A stretch of DNA of 61,331 nt, the filler included, from Jimgerdemannia flammicorona (Eukaryota), in the NCBI GenBank assembly GCA_003990765.1. It is 2 parts of 2 records of this genome, joined end to end, with 100 filler letters (N's around TTAATTAATTAA, not from the genome) between each part and the next. Parts side by side here need not be neighbours in the genome. Positions count along the whole stretch, not along the records: positions 30,718 to 61,331 come from RBNJ01000435.1; 1 more part is not named here. One strand, written 5' to 3'. Positions 39,551 through 52,424 of this stretch are shown in pieces (the first letter of the stretch is position 1; every line of letters starts with the position of its first letter). Under the pieces are notes generated by a model. It made no database searches and was not told where the DNA came from. It saw only the letters and a list, made by a program, of their open reading frames with translations. Position numbers and translations under genes: made by a program.

Positions 39551-39856
39551 TAGTACTTCCAAATAAATTGAATTGATTTAAATCAAATTGAGGATCCAAT
39601 TTGAATCCTATTTTTTAAAATATAATAACTCAACAAAAATATATCTAAAATTAATGATCTTAAGCTTGTTAGATTTCTCATATATAGAGAAATCTAACAA
39701 GCTAAAGATTTTTGAATTTTGATATGTTTTTATTGAGTTATTATATTTTGAAAAATAGGGTTTAAATTAAATATTAAATCAAATTAGACCTTGATTTAAT
39801 CAAATAAAATCAAATTTGAGTCAAATTCAATTCAATTCAATTTGTAAGGAGTACTA
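39551..39856. mobile_element. hAT-type MITE, 306 bp, largely palindromic
   Basis: TAGTACT...AGTACTA termini, 8-bp TSD gctaagag (39543-39550 / 39857-39864), interrupts the copia RT. Confidence 0.9.
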
Positions 39857-41474
39857 GCTAAGAGTTATTTACAAGATTATAGTATTAACTATGATAAGAT
39901 ATTTTTGCTAGTATTAAGCTTATTTTGGTACTATACACAATCTGAAAATCCATCAGATAGATATAAAGACAGCTTTTCTTAATAGTGATATAGATAAAGA
40001 ACTATATATTTGTTAGCTATAAGAATATAAGCAGAATTATAACCTTATATATATATAAACTATATAAATAATTATATAGTATCAAGCAAGTAGTATATTT
40101 GTAAAATAGAAAAATTAGTTGTTTTTATTGATATTTAAGATAATGATATAATTATTATTATAATGAAAAACTAACTAAGTAAAGTTAATGAAGTTCTATA
40201 TAAGAAATTCAAGATGACTAACATGAGTAACATATCCTTTCTTTTGGGAATATCTATTATATATAATAGAAATATATATGCCATATATCTCTTATAGTCA
40301 ATTTATATCTATATTATTTTTGAATAATTTAATATAAGTAAATATAAGTCAGTAAATACTTTTATAAAAACTTTAATAAAGTTAGAGAAGTTTGATATTA
40401 TACTAGAGGAAAACTATATCAATATTCTCTATTGACAAGTAGTTAGTTCTCTCATATATCTTATACTAAGAATGAGATCTGATATTTTATTTATTATACT
40501 ATAACAATTTACATTAAAGTACTGTTAAGAGGATTTCCAGATATATTAAAGAAATAGTATACTATATTCTCACTCTTAGTAGATTGAGTAAGAGCAATAG
40601 TAATAATAATAATAACAAAAATAATAGTATATAACTATCTAGTATATGTAATACTAATTGGACTAAATATTTAGATAATTGTCTATCTATAACTGAGTAC
40701 TTCTTTTAGTTAAATGATAAAAGAGTTATTTTATAACAAATATATAAGCTAAATTTAGTAGCAATATTATCTATCTAAGCAGAGTATCAAATATTATCTA
40801 TAGTAATAAAGAAAGCTATTTAGCTATGTTAATTACTAAAGAAGCTAGACTTTGATTAGAAATAAAACCCTATACTCATCTATCAGAACAATCAGTTTAT
40901 TATTACTACATATAATAAAGAACTCTATATACATATTACTTTAAAATAAAATATATTAATATACAGTACTACATATTATATAAGAGAGTACATATATAGA
41001 AAATAAGACTATATGCTTGAAATATATCTCTATAGAGTATGTATATAATTATAGATTCACTCATCAAAGCTCTTCTAAGATCTAAATTCCAGTAATATAC
41101 TAAAGAAATAAGTCTTATATATAATAAACTATATACTGGTATGTAATGAAACTATATATTATTAATATATAAGTAATAGATAATTATGGAATATTTCATA
41201 ATAAAAAAAAAAACAGAAAAACAATATAATATATCTCTCTATACCTCTTTCTTCAAGTATTATATTATACTATTCTTTCTTTCTTCTTCTATATTTGAGA
41301 TTTTCTATTATTAGAATCTATTTATATTTTTCATTTTCACTATAGTTTCTTATATTTTAAGCATAGATGAATAGCATTCTTTTAGTATATTCATAGTTAT
41401 TTTGTGATTATTACTTAATTATATTAAATTCCTACTTATATTACATTTTTATATATTATCTCATTGAGTAGGAG

Positions 41475-44400
41475 TATTGAAATTTATTGAAATATCTTAG
41501 TTATAATAACTTGATATATAGTGATATATGTAGCCACAGCTTAACTATATCATCCTATAAATATCATCAATACACATAAAAGTATATAAGTTAGTATTAA
41601 TAAATAATCACTGCTTCTCTCTATCTGTCTTTTTCAAGTATTCTATAATAAAAGAATATGAGCTCTATTAGTAAAAGCAGATAATAATAAAGACAAAGAC
41701 ACCTTTTTAATATATATACTATACTATATGAAGAAGATATCAAACCTATTAAATATATCTATTAAGTAGTATAAGTTGAATATAATCTGGAATAAATACT
41801 AGTAGTATAAGTATACCTATGTATTACAATAGTTATAACTATAACTATTCCTATAGTGGCACTAATAATAATAATGATAAAGAGGATGATTTATGTCTTT
41901 GATAGTAAGGATTATATTATATAGATATATCATATAAAGAATCTCTTAGAAGAATGTGGTCTGGAGATACAAATAATAGAATACAATATTGTAAAGAATT
42001 GCAAAGTGCTAAAGAAGATTATATTTACTCTTTTGAACATGTAAATGAAACTCATCATCAATATTATGATGGTGAATAAAGCCTGAGAGATCTTATATAA
42101 TTACCATTAGTAGGCATTTATATCTAACAGATTTTATCTGAAAGTACAACTATTTAATCTCTGAATAAAGTCTAAGAAGAGTATCCAGAACTATACTAAC
42201 TACATATATTAATAATCTGGCAAATCAAGTAAATTCTCTTTTTATACCAGCAGACCTTATCAAGAATGAAGACAAGATTCTGGTCCTTATGTATGGCCTT
42301 CTTAAGACATATAATGTAGTTGTTACTACTATGGAGAAATTTGGCAAACTATCAGACTATAAGTATATCATTATAAGTCTTTTAAATAAGAAATTAAGAC
42401 TGAGTGATATTGATAATAAAGATGATGAGAAAGTCTTTTATAGAGTATAGGATAAGACAAAGATAAGCCAAATAAAGAATAAGACAATAATTAATAAGTT
42501 AAATTTGATAATAAATACTTCTACTATAATAAGTATAGATACTGTAAGCAAGACTACAACTATAAGAAGAAGGAAAAGAGTAGTTCAGATGAGTAATATA
42601 GATAGGTGAATATTATAAATACTAACTACAATAAAGGTGATAGAGGTGGTAGAGGTCTGTTTTTTGCAGAAATGGTAATCTATTTATATAGAGAGAGATA
42701 TATATATAGGAGAAAATTTAGAAAATACTTTATATCAATAAAAAATGCTCTAATTACCAGTTCTACTAATTTCAGTACTAGTGCCAATATAAGCTATGTA
42801 TATACCAAGTACTTATATATATAGCAAAGAAATCTGGCTTATAGATTCTAATATAATATAGTATATGATAGTATACTATAAGTAGTTCTCTAAATATAAG
42901 AAGTTTTAGTACTCCATGTCTATTAAATTGAGAGAAAATAATGTCATTTATACTTAAAACAAGAGTAATATCAGTATATACTTATATAGGAATATTGATG
43001 AATCCTCAGACACCTTTGTAGACATACTATATATATCAGATATAGGTAAGAATCTCTTCTTAATAGACCAGATAATAGCTTGAGAAGATAAAGGAGTAAA
43101 TATATACCTAAATAGTATAATAGTAATCAATCTAAAGAACAATAAGAAGCTAATATATATTAAAAAAGGAGAGCTTATATATAATCAACAGTATACTGAG
43201 TGGTACATTATTTATATATTCTGCAATCTCAACTAATATCTGACATATAGATATAAATACTTAGGATATATTAGTAAGATAAGCTTAGAATAAATGATAA
43301 GAAATAAATCTATATGGATTACTAAACTATATACTATCAGATTTTAGCTTTTGCAATAAATATAAAGTAAATAAGACTTCTCAGTAATCTTTTTAGAAAT
43401 AGATGAAGTGAGTGACTAATATTCTTGATATGATATATATATACTATAATATGCCTGACTCAATGGAGATAAATTACAAGGTTGAGAGTTAGTGTAGTTT
43501 GGCTTGAGCTCTCAGTTACTTTGTCAAAAAGCAATAAAATATTCTAGGATTCCTAAGGTCCTTGGTATTTAGTGGTATAATAGTCAAGCTGGATATCTGT
43601 GAGCAATTTGTATATCAATTTCCTTATTGGTATAGTTCTCTAGATATAGCAGTGATTTTGTATATATGGTACAGGTGTTCCTTATGTATGATGGTCTGGC
43701 AATTTGGTGATTTTCCTTCTTGAGTAGTGGGTGATTTCTCTGTATAGCATGATGATCTCCAAAAGTATGCAATTTCTGATGAATAACTTGATTTGGTGTT
43801 TCACTGGGAATAGAGAATGGTGCAGATTCTCCTGAATCAGCTCACTGGAAATTATACTTAGCAGCTTACTGGGAATAGAGAGTGATATAGGTTCTTCTAC
43901 ACCAGGCTCACTGGGAACAAACTAATAACTCAGATAGTATAGATAACTTGGATAACTCAAATAACACAGATAGCATAGATAACTTGAATAACTCAGATAG
44001 CTCAGATGTCATGAATTCTTGATAAGTTACATCAAAGACTGGCTTTGTTTATATAAATGAATTACTGCAAAGTTGTATCAAGAGACTGGCTTGTGGTAAG
44101 GTTCCTTAAGGTGGGCTCTCAGGGAATGTAGATAACTTGAAAATGGTTGATGATGCAGATTCTTCCTGAATTAGCAGACTTCTTGAAAATGGTGGCTTAT
44201 TCCTTAAGTAGTAGATTACTCAAATAGTGGTGAAGTTCTTCACTCAAACTTAGGTTACAAATCTTCAGGCTTATCTGACAAGTGAACCAAAAATGGACTC
44301 ATTCTTTGTATTGGAAAGTGGACCAGAGTGGGAAAGAGGCAAAGCTCACAATCTCTTAGTAGTGGCTATAGAGCTGGTATTTCTCCTAAGTATTGCAATC

Positions 44401-45000
44401 CTTCCTAGATTAAGTGGCTTTTGGCAGACATATCTCTCAAAGTATAGTAGGCAGACTTGTCTTTTGCTTTGTGTTTCAGAACTGAGGTTTATTCACTCTT
44501 ATCTCTGGAGTATTTTATATATTATGGTTGCTATCTGATTGCTATATGGCTAACTATAGATTTGCTACTTATGGTGAGTGTGCTGGTTCAGTACAGATAT
44601 ACAAGTCTAGCATAGGTGTGCAACTCTAGTATAGGTGTGCAACTCTAACACAGGTGTGCAGGTTCTGCATAGATATACCTTATCTGGTAGTCTGGCTATT
44701 TATACAGTTTTCTATAGCAATAGTTGCTATATCTGGTTACTATACTATATATTCATATCATCTGGCTAAGTTACTAATTGTTTACATCATCTGACTAAGT
44801 TACTAATTGTTCATATCATCTGGCTAAGTTACTAATTATTTACATCATCTGGCTAAGTTATAATTCAGATGGTATATTTTGGTTTATCATAATACAGATA
44901 CCTGTGGTTTTATGTAAACTTCAACATACTCTAGAAAGAGGTACTTTATCATCTTTATTAATAATTATACTTGCAAAGCTAATATATACTTTCTTATAGT
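41475..45000 (+). mobile_element. Second decayed copia element (PBS, gag, protease, integrase start)
   Basis: PBS-like aagaatatgagct at ~41652; zinc-knuckle remnant ~42520; protease 'WLIDS' ~42834; integrase 'TDTCG.M.T...KRYFIIFI..YT' ~44895-44975. Confidence 0.75.
43445..44891 (-). mobile_element. Gypsy solo LTR inserted in copia integrase
   Basis: Decayed termini tataat / tatcata; TSD atac (43441-43444 / 44892-44895); internal 9-, 19- and 30-bp tandem repeats. Confidence 0.88.
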
Positions 45001-47103
45001 AAAGAATATAAAAGTAGAAGAATTAAAAGATTAAGATTAGAGATCAAGTTCTTATTTAGAAAAATATAATTGAAATTAATTTTGCAACCAAACTAGAATC
45101 CAAATAAAGAAGATCTTATCTTATATACAATATCAGAGAAATAATTATCTATCTAATAAGTATAGATAGATATATCTTAAGAACTCTAGTCTATATCAAT
45201 TATCTCAAGATATACTTCTTATTAATACAATAACTCAAAAGATTGACTAGTACCTCCAGACCCTTATTCTTAGCTCCTTTCAGACCTTACTAGTTCCCCT
45301 ACTCTAGTTTTATAAAATTAAGAGAACTTGCCTAAACCAGATCTAGATATATTAAGAAAATCTCATTTTAGTAGAATACTTACTATAGATTTATTTTACA
45401 GATCTATTATATAATTAGTAAACAACTATAAGACCTATTAGCTTTAGAATATGTCTATATTTACAATACTACTGGTCTGTCTAAAAAGAATACTATTGCT
45501 GTAATAGACTCTATATAATCTCTAAATAAAATATTACAATACTATTATAGATCTAGTTCTCTCTAAGTAAAATTTAGAGAATGAATATAGCTATCTATCT
45601 GAGTATCATCAACTATATCAAAGTTCTATTTCTTAAAAAAGAAGAAGAACTTTTAGAATAAAGTAATTCAGATATAGAAGAAAATAATTGTATAGGTATA
45701 GATGTAGAAGATACTTATAAATATCAGAATAATAATTAAAGAATAGTCTGAGATAGACTATCCTTTAGTGAGAGCTAATATAATAAGTGAATACTATAGT
45801 ATAGTCAGATGATAATATATAGTATAATTACTCTATATAGTTATTACATATATTATTAATTTGTATAATTTATAATAAATATATATATTTTAGAGAACAA
45901 TCATACTTATTGAAGTGCAAGAGTACTTCAATATAGTTAAGTTAGATAAAATCTGAAACTTAAACTATATATCAGCAAATATCCAAATAGAAATATATAA
46001 CTAAATATAAGAAATAGAACTTAATAAGTTTAATTGCCTTTAGAAGATTTAAGTAAATATATAATAACTAACTAGACTAAGTTTTATTAAAGTATTTCAA
46101 CAGGGTATTTATATAAAAAGAATAGAAAGAAAAAGAAACAGATAGAATATTACTAAGCTAAGTACTGAGCAATGAGTCATGCTTGGTAGAACTTGATAGA
46201 ACATTATAGATAATTACTAAGTATTGATTAGTAATCAATAGAATCTTAGTAAAACTATTTAAGAAACAGATTCTTGACAAATGACTAAATTATTCTGTAC
46301 TATTATAAGCTATTCTGAAATATTCTACTAAATAATATAATAAAGAAAAAGATGATAATTTGATAAAAAGAAAAATAGAATATAGAGGATTATTATATAA
46401 TTAATCAGATATATCAAATTAGAATATACTAATCTCTAAAGAAATACTCATTCTTTTAAAATACTTATTCTATATAAAAATATCTGTTCTATGAGAAACA
46501 CTCATTCTCCAAAAGAATAAGTAGTCACACTTTCTCTAAATTAGCATTACTGCACATTCTATAATTACCCAGATAGCAACCAGATAGCAATTATACTTAT
46601 ATAAATATCCCAGAGATTTAAGTGAATAAACCTCAGTCTAAAAAGTCAAAGAAAAGCAAAAGCCAATTATCTGGTATACTTAGGAGAAATGTCTACCAAA
46701 AGCTACTTGATTCAGGAAGGATTGCAAACACTTAGGAGATATGTCTGCCAATGAGCCACTATCAAGAAATTGTAAGCTTTATTCCCTTTTCCACTCTGGT
46801 CCACTTTCTGATATAAAGAAGTTCACCAATTTTGGTTTGCTTACCAGATTAAGCCTGAAGAACTTTAAGATATCTGCCACACTTGCCAGATGAAGCCAGA
46901 AGATTCGCTGCCCAAGTTCCAGTGAAGAACTTAGCTGCCATTTAGAGAAGTCTGCCAAAAACGCCAAATCCGCGCCTATTAAGGAAATCGCTGAAATCAT
47001 CCGCGTTACACAAACCAGAAGAACTAGAGAATTAGGGGGCTCAAGCCAATCTACATAGCTGCCCAAACCTTGTAATTTGCCTCCATTGAGCTGGCGCATT
47101 ACA
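45000..47103 (+). mobile_element. 3' end of a related gypsy element (integrase GPY/F remnant, PPT, LTR 45779-47103)
   Basis: 'TKLESK*RRSYLI' (KLEPKW.GPY-like) at ~45090. PPT region homologous to 37600-37740. LTR ends cattaca at 47103. Confidence 0.8.
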
Positions 47104-48201
47104 ATATATTGTATAAATATGTAACTTTGAATATTTTTCTCTCAAAAATCGTGGAGCTGTCAGTATGCGGGAACTCGTTGTGACGACTGAATATTAATTA
47201 CTGTCCCTCACTGCCCCCACCATTCGTCTCAATAAAGGGTTCACTCGTTCCAGATGGAGTTCTCCATACCACATTTTCTTTCCTAAGCTTTCGTCCTAAG
47301 GTTGGTTGTAGAGAATGTCTGAGCGATTATTATTATTAGGTAACTTCATCCCGTCTGGGAAAAGCGGGGGTGGCTGAGCAAGGAATCTATGGATGCAGGT
47401 ACGAAAATCTATAGTTGTATCCAAGAAGACAAATTGACGATGAACGACTGCCTGAATGGCCACTAATATTCATTGTAAATGTTATTTGAACGCGGTCGAC
47501 AATCTCGTTGTGCCAGGCATTCGGTTAAACAATCTGGTCTACTTCCTTTTCCCAGGACCATTTTGTTCGGTTCCATTATTTTATAGAGAAAACTGGCGTA
47601 GACCCTCCGCTTGCCAATTTGCCAGTCGCTGTATTTTGTTAATTTGGGGTCCTAAACATTTCTTTTTCATATATATATCGTAATTTTCAAGCTCCCATAA
47701 TTCTACGTGTTTTCAAAATCTACCATTACCTACAATCGATTACATTACAAAGCATCGTACTTCACCTTTGCAGCGCCTCAATTCTCCAGTTTCTTGTTCT
47801 GTGTAACCCGGAATGTACTAGTTTCCGTGAATTTTATCAATACGTCATATGTCCGAGATGCTAACAAAGCATACCAATACCATTCACTGAATATTTGCCA
47901 CATTTCGATTTTAGACATACTATTTAATGCAGAAAGATACAATTTGTAAATTGGATTAAAGTGGCTACTTGGGAAATATATTTTCTACACCACTGTAAAA
48001 CTCGAACCAAAAGATCATTTTAGTTACTGTTCAGTCAGTCATTCGAACCGGTCAGTCTTGTGGCTATATATCACGTTTCGATAATCGTCATAAATATTTC
48101 GCCGATACCTCCAGTCAGTTTCAATTTGGCCAATAATATCTGGAGGATCACGTTTGCGATTGAACCAATGAAAACTTTTTACGTTTGGCCATCAAAAACA
48201 T

Positions 48202-49211
48202 ATGCAAGAGATTTCCAACTTCAATGAATTCTTTACGAAAATGGCACGCAAGAAAGGAAACGAAGCTCGCAAGAACAGGGTTCCGGGAACCGGTCAAGAA
48301 ACTCGCCTCACATCATTGCAGGCTGTTCGATCTTGTCAACCCGGGCTTATACTTGGCCTTGACATCTTTCTACTCATCTTTCAGTTCGTGAGACCTGACG
48401 TGCTGTTACGACTTGCATTGACGTGTGTGCTATTGCGCGTACATGTTGGTAAGTTAGAATAGGTATCTGAGTCAATGAATGCACATTATAACTTAGCCCC
48501 TAACTGCCATCTGTCATCTTAGCGCCGATAATGTACCGATTGCTCAGCCCTAGTCAGCAGAAGGCCGTCAGGAGACCATCAACGATCTTGGACTTCCAAA
48601 TCACGTCGTCGCCCATAAAGGCTTTTTGCAAGAAATACTCCAACCGACTCCTATTTTGTGGAGTATGCGATATACACCTCCCGTTCACCAATCCGTTTGT
48701 CTCTGCCGGCACATCGTCATCGTTGTGCATTTCGTGTTCAGCAAATGACCGTTCCAATGCAATGCTCACGGCAAGAAGTGTGCAAGACATCGGCGTCCTC
48801 GAGGAAGACCTACCATTCCTTTTACAATTCAAGCATCGAAATAAACGGTACTTTTCAGTCCGATCAGTTGAGGAATTCATCCCTAGGGCGTATAGGGTCT
48901 CCTATCCATCACGACTTGAAATGGTTTTATGTCGGGAAAAAGCTTGGAACAAGCTCATTGGAGTCGTAGCGGATCACGTCGGAAAAATCAAACCACTCGA
49001 TTACAAGCAGCAGAAATGGCTGCGAAAAAATATCAAAAACATTTCATTGGAAATCGTGTTCGACGGGAAGCGCGCGCATTACACCACGCAGAAAAGCATC
49101 GGCGTGATCGTTCGGGAGGCATCAGAGCAGCTCGCCGACCATTTTCCAAATTGGTCCGGAACGTGGGAGATAGGAATAGAGATCGATGATCAACGAATAA
49201 TCAGTCTGTAA
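48202..49211 (+). CDS. F-box-like protein with CxxC...CxxC motif, ~311 aa; exons 48202-48448, 48523-49211
   Basis: GTAAGT..ctaac..TTAG intron joins two ORFs in frame. 'LGLDIFLLIFQFVRPDVLLRLALTC' resembles an F-box; also 'CGVC...LCISC'. The start codon could be 48241. Confidence 0.75.
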
Positions 49212-49221
49212 ATATAGAACT

Positions 49222-49283
49222 TTGCTCGGTTTTCAATAGCGACATTGCTCGGTTCAATAGCGACATTGCTCGGTTCAATAGCG
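49222..49283. repeat. 21-bp tandem repeat, ~3 copies
   Basis: ttgctcggttcaatagcgaca repeated just downstream of the stop codon. Confidence 0.85.
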
Positions 49284-50699
49284 GTCATAATTGTTTTCCA
49301 AATGTATATTTTCTTGCTCTGGAAATTGCGGAATAAATTCTTGAATTATGCTATAGGAGTATGTTTCAAATCAAATGGAATCGAACAGAACAGTTGTGGA
49401 TGTTTTTCCGCTCAACATGTACGAACACATCGTGATGGCAAGCGTGGATATTCTATGTGTTGAGAGGGCAATTCGACCAGCGGGGATTATCGTGATTATG
49501 TTATAATCTTAATGAATCAACCATACTTGAGGAAAGGACGTAATATTGTGGTAATATATATTTCCTCCTTACAATATCGTTAGTGATCTAAACTTGGTCA
49601 CTATATGGTGGCATCGGTTTGGATTTCCTCGATGGTTAGTCTCTCTATTTACTGTCCGTGGTTGTGTAGTATACAGAATCAATGTTATACGAACCTTGGG
49701 AGAAAACATCGCGTAATGCATGTTACATTCCCTATGCCGATAGCAACGAGAGTGTCTATTTTGTTCTTGAAGGCAGATGACTAGGCCCCATAACGCCTAT
49801 GATGGGACTGGACATTTTCAGGAAAATGAGGATGACGTGTACAATGAACTTGGATTAATATGTAGCCTTCTTCACATCCGAGAAAGGTAAGCTGCGGAAA
49901 GAACAAGTGTTCACAAAGAGTCTCCGTGCCTTTCATTCACGTTGTTCAGAAAATGTTTCGGTAGGCCTCATCGCTGCCTGCTGGATGGTACAACAGACCA
50001 CCTGTAAAACCAAGTCGTAGCAGTCCGACCAAAGTGTCCGCACGAGGTAAAGTTTAAGGAAATTCAGTTGAATCACGATATAGCTCCTTATTTTTGGTAA
50101 TGGAAGCAAAGAAATAAAAAGGACTGCCCAGCCACCGGTACATAATTGTAAGCGCGCCACTGTGCCTGGCGCTTAGGAAGACAGGGACTTATTCATAGAA
50201 AATTTTGAGCACCCACAAACGACACCCTCATCGGTCTTTCCTACAGTCCGAGTTACAGCAGTCCCTAATGATGCCTTCTTTGGCCTTCATTCGTCAATAA
50301 ACTCCATGTTGCGGGTGTCTGCCGACATCCTGGGTGCCAATTGATATCCACCATGAAGGTTAGGTCTTTCGGTTAGATCTGCTCGAATCACTTACACAAA
50401 CGCCACAGATGATTTTTCATTTTCGCAATCTTCCACGTGGCCGACGACATATGCGGGTGCTTTCATCCAATATACAGTCCGCAATGTTAAAATTCTACCA
50501 TCCCACAAAAATACTAAAAAGCGGGCCTTTGATGCATTCCTATTAGCTAATGTTCTCAAGGGAACCTGATTTTCGAGGATAAGGTTGATAATTTGCAGGT
50601 TTTGTTTATGTTAAATTTGCTAATCATGGTATAATCCGCGGTGCACCTATAAAGTCATTCAACAAATAATAAAATGCACATCTAAATATAGATGCAAAA

Positions 50700-52350
50700 T
50701 ATCAGGCTTAGATTTACCCTATAATTTCTTAGAGATAAGATTATCATCATTTCTAAATTGCTAATTTTTGTCAGATTTCTTACTTTAGGCTTGAGATCTC
50801 CTATATTTACTACTTTAGCCCAACTAAAATATAACAAGCCAACTATATTAATTATTATATATTTAAACTATTTTAATAATTATATAATAAAATAGCTTAG
50901 CTTGACTCCTCAGTTATATTGATAAAAAGAAATAAAATATTCAGTGGTTTATCTTAGTCAATTCTTTAGAGTTATCTTAAATAGATAAAGTTCTCTTAGA
51001 ACTTAGTAGCAATTCTCCAAACTTAATCTAGCAAGTATACTAAAGATAGTAGATCTTTCTAACTTAGTTTTGGCAAAAGAATTAAAGTGGAATTAGAGAA
51101 ATGAAGTCCACAATCTCCTTAACAGAAGTTCTTAAGTAAGTTTTTCTCTTAAGTATTGTAATTCTTTCTTTAGATCAAGTAGCTCTTAGTATGTATATCT
51201 CTTGAAATATATTATAAGCAGACTTATCTCTTGATTTTTAACTTCAATTTTGGACTGAGGTTTATTTACTTAAATCTCTAGAGTATTTTATATATATATT
51301 TAGTTATTATCTAATTCTACTTACTAATTATAGAATACTAACTATGGTAGATATATATTATTCTTCTAAAAAATGAAATATTCTCTAATTTGACTATTTG
51401 ATTATTTATATAATTTAGCACAGTAGGACTATTCTTATTACTTAGTACTCTTTATAATATATGGCTAATTTATATAATAACTATTCTAATTATACTGCTT
51501 TTCTAGATATATATACTTATTACTCATTATATCAGCCTCTACTAAATAATAGTCTGTCTTCAACTATCTTTTAGTCATTATTTTAATATTCATAAGTATC
51601 TTTTATATCTATATCTATATTATTATCTTTATCTATATCTTCATTACTCTATTCTAGAAGTTTTTTTTCTTTTTTTGAGAATAGAACTTTGATATAGCTG
51701 ATGATGTTCTGATAAGTAGTTAAGTTTATTTTTATATATTATTTAAATAAAACTAAGCTTAAATTAGTATACTAATATTTTATTTATAGATTATATAGAG
51801 TTTATTAGCAATAATAGCATTATTTTATAATAGATCTATAGTATTCTAAATATAGATCTGCTCTGGAACTGAGAGGTCTTATAGCTATTTATCAATAGTA
51901 TAGTAGGCTTACAGTTAGTAGATCTGCAGCAACTACTATACTATAGTGAGATTCTTCTAATATATTTAAACCTATTAGAGACAGTTTTTATTAGTTTTAT
52001 AAACTTGAGATAAAGAAACTAGTAGAGTCTGGAAAGAGCTGAGGATAAGAATCTGGAGGTACTGATCAATCTTCTGGATCATTATAGTAGGTATATCATA
52101 AGTTAGTTAATATATTCTAGAGTTTTCAGAGTATATCTATCTATTTTTCTTATATAGACTAATATTATATATATAGTGAGATCCTTTCTATTTGGGTTTC
52201 AGTTTGATAATAAAGTTGAGTTTGATTATACTTTAAACTAAGACTTAATCTCTAATTTTAATCTCTTAATTCTTCTATTTCCAATTATAGTTCTTTTTCT
52301 ATTTTTCTTAGATCATAATTATCTGAGTTCAGAGTTGATTTCACAATTAT
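50700..52350 (-). mobile_element. Decayed gypsy 3' end (GPY/F remnant, PPT, LTR ~50700-51532)
   Basis: Reverse-complement homology to 45000-47100; 'KLKPK*KGSH' at ~52190. Confidence 0.75.
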
Positions 52351-52424
52351 TATACTTTATTCAAAAGTTCTAGTTTTCTTAAATAACATCATTTTGAATA
52401 ACTTTATTTAATAGAGAAAATAAG

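Larger units (their letters stand above)
30945..41650 (+). mobile_element. Decayed Ty1/copia element (integrase end, RT, RNase H, PPT, 3' LTR ~41475-41650) hosting the gypsy element and the MITE
   Basis: 'EP..YDE....D...*...D.EYNSL..N..*.L..L', 'VYKIK', 'YKAHFIAK' at ~39330-39550. RNase H remnant ~40640-41100. PPT tgagtaggag at 41465. Confidence 0.85.

Noticed and set aside
43920..44870. Short repeat arrays as a CRISPR-like locus
   Set aside because: Head-to-tail tandem repeats without unique spacers, inside an LTR of a eukaryotic genome.
49930..50530. Possible small spliced gene on the minus strand
   Set aside because: Splice-like signals exist, but I could not assemble a convincing reading frame or recognise a domain.
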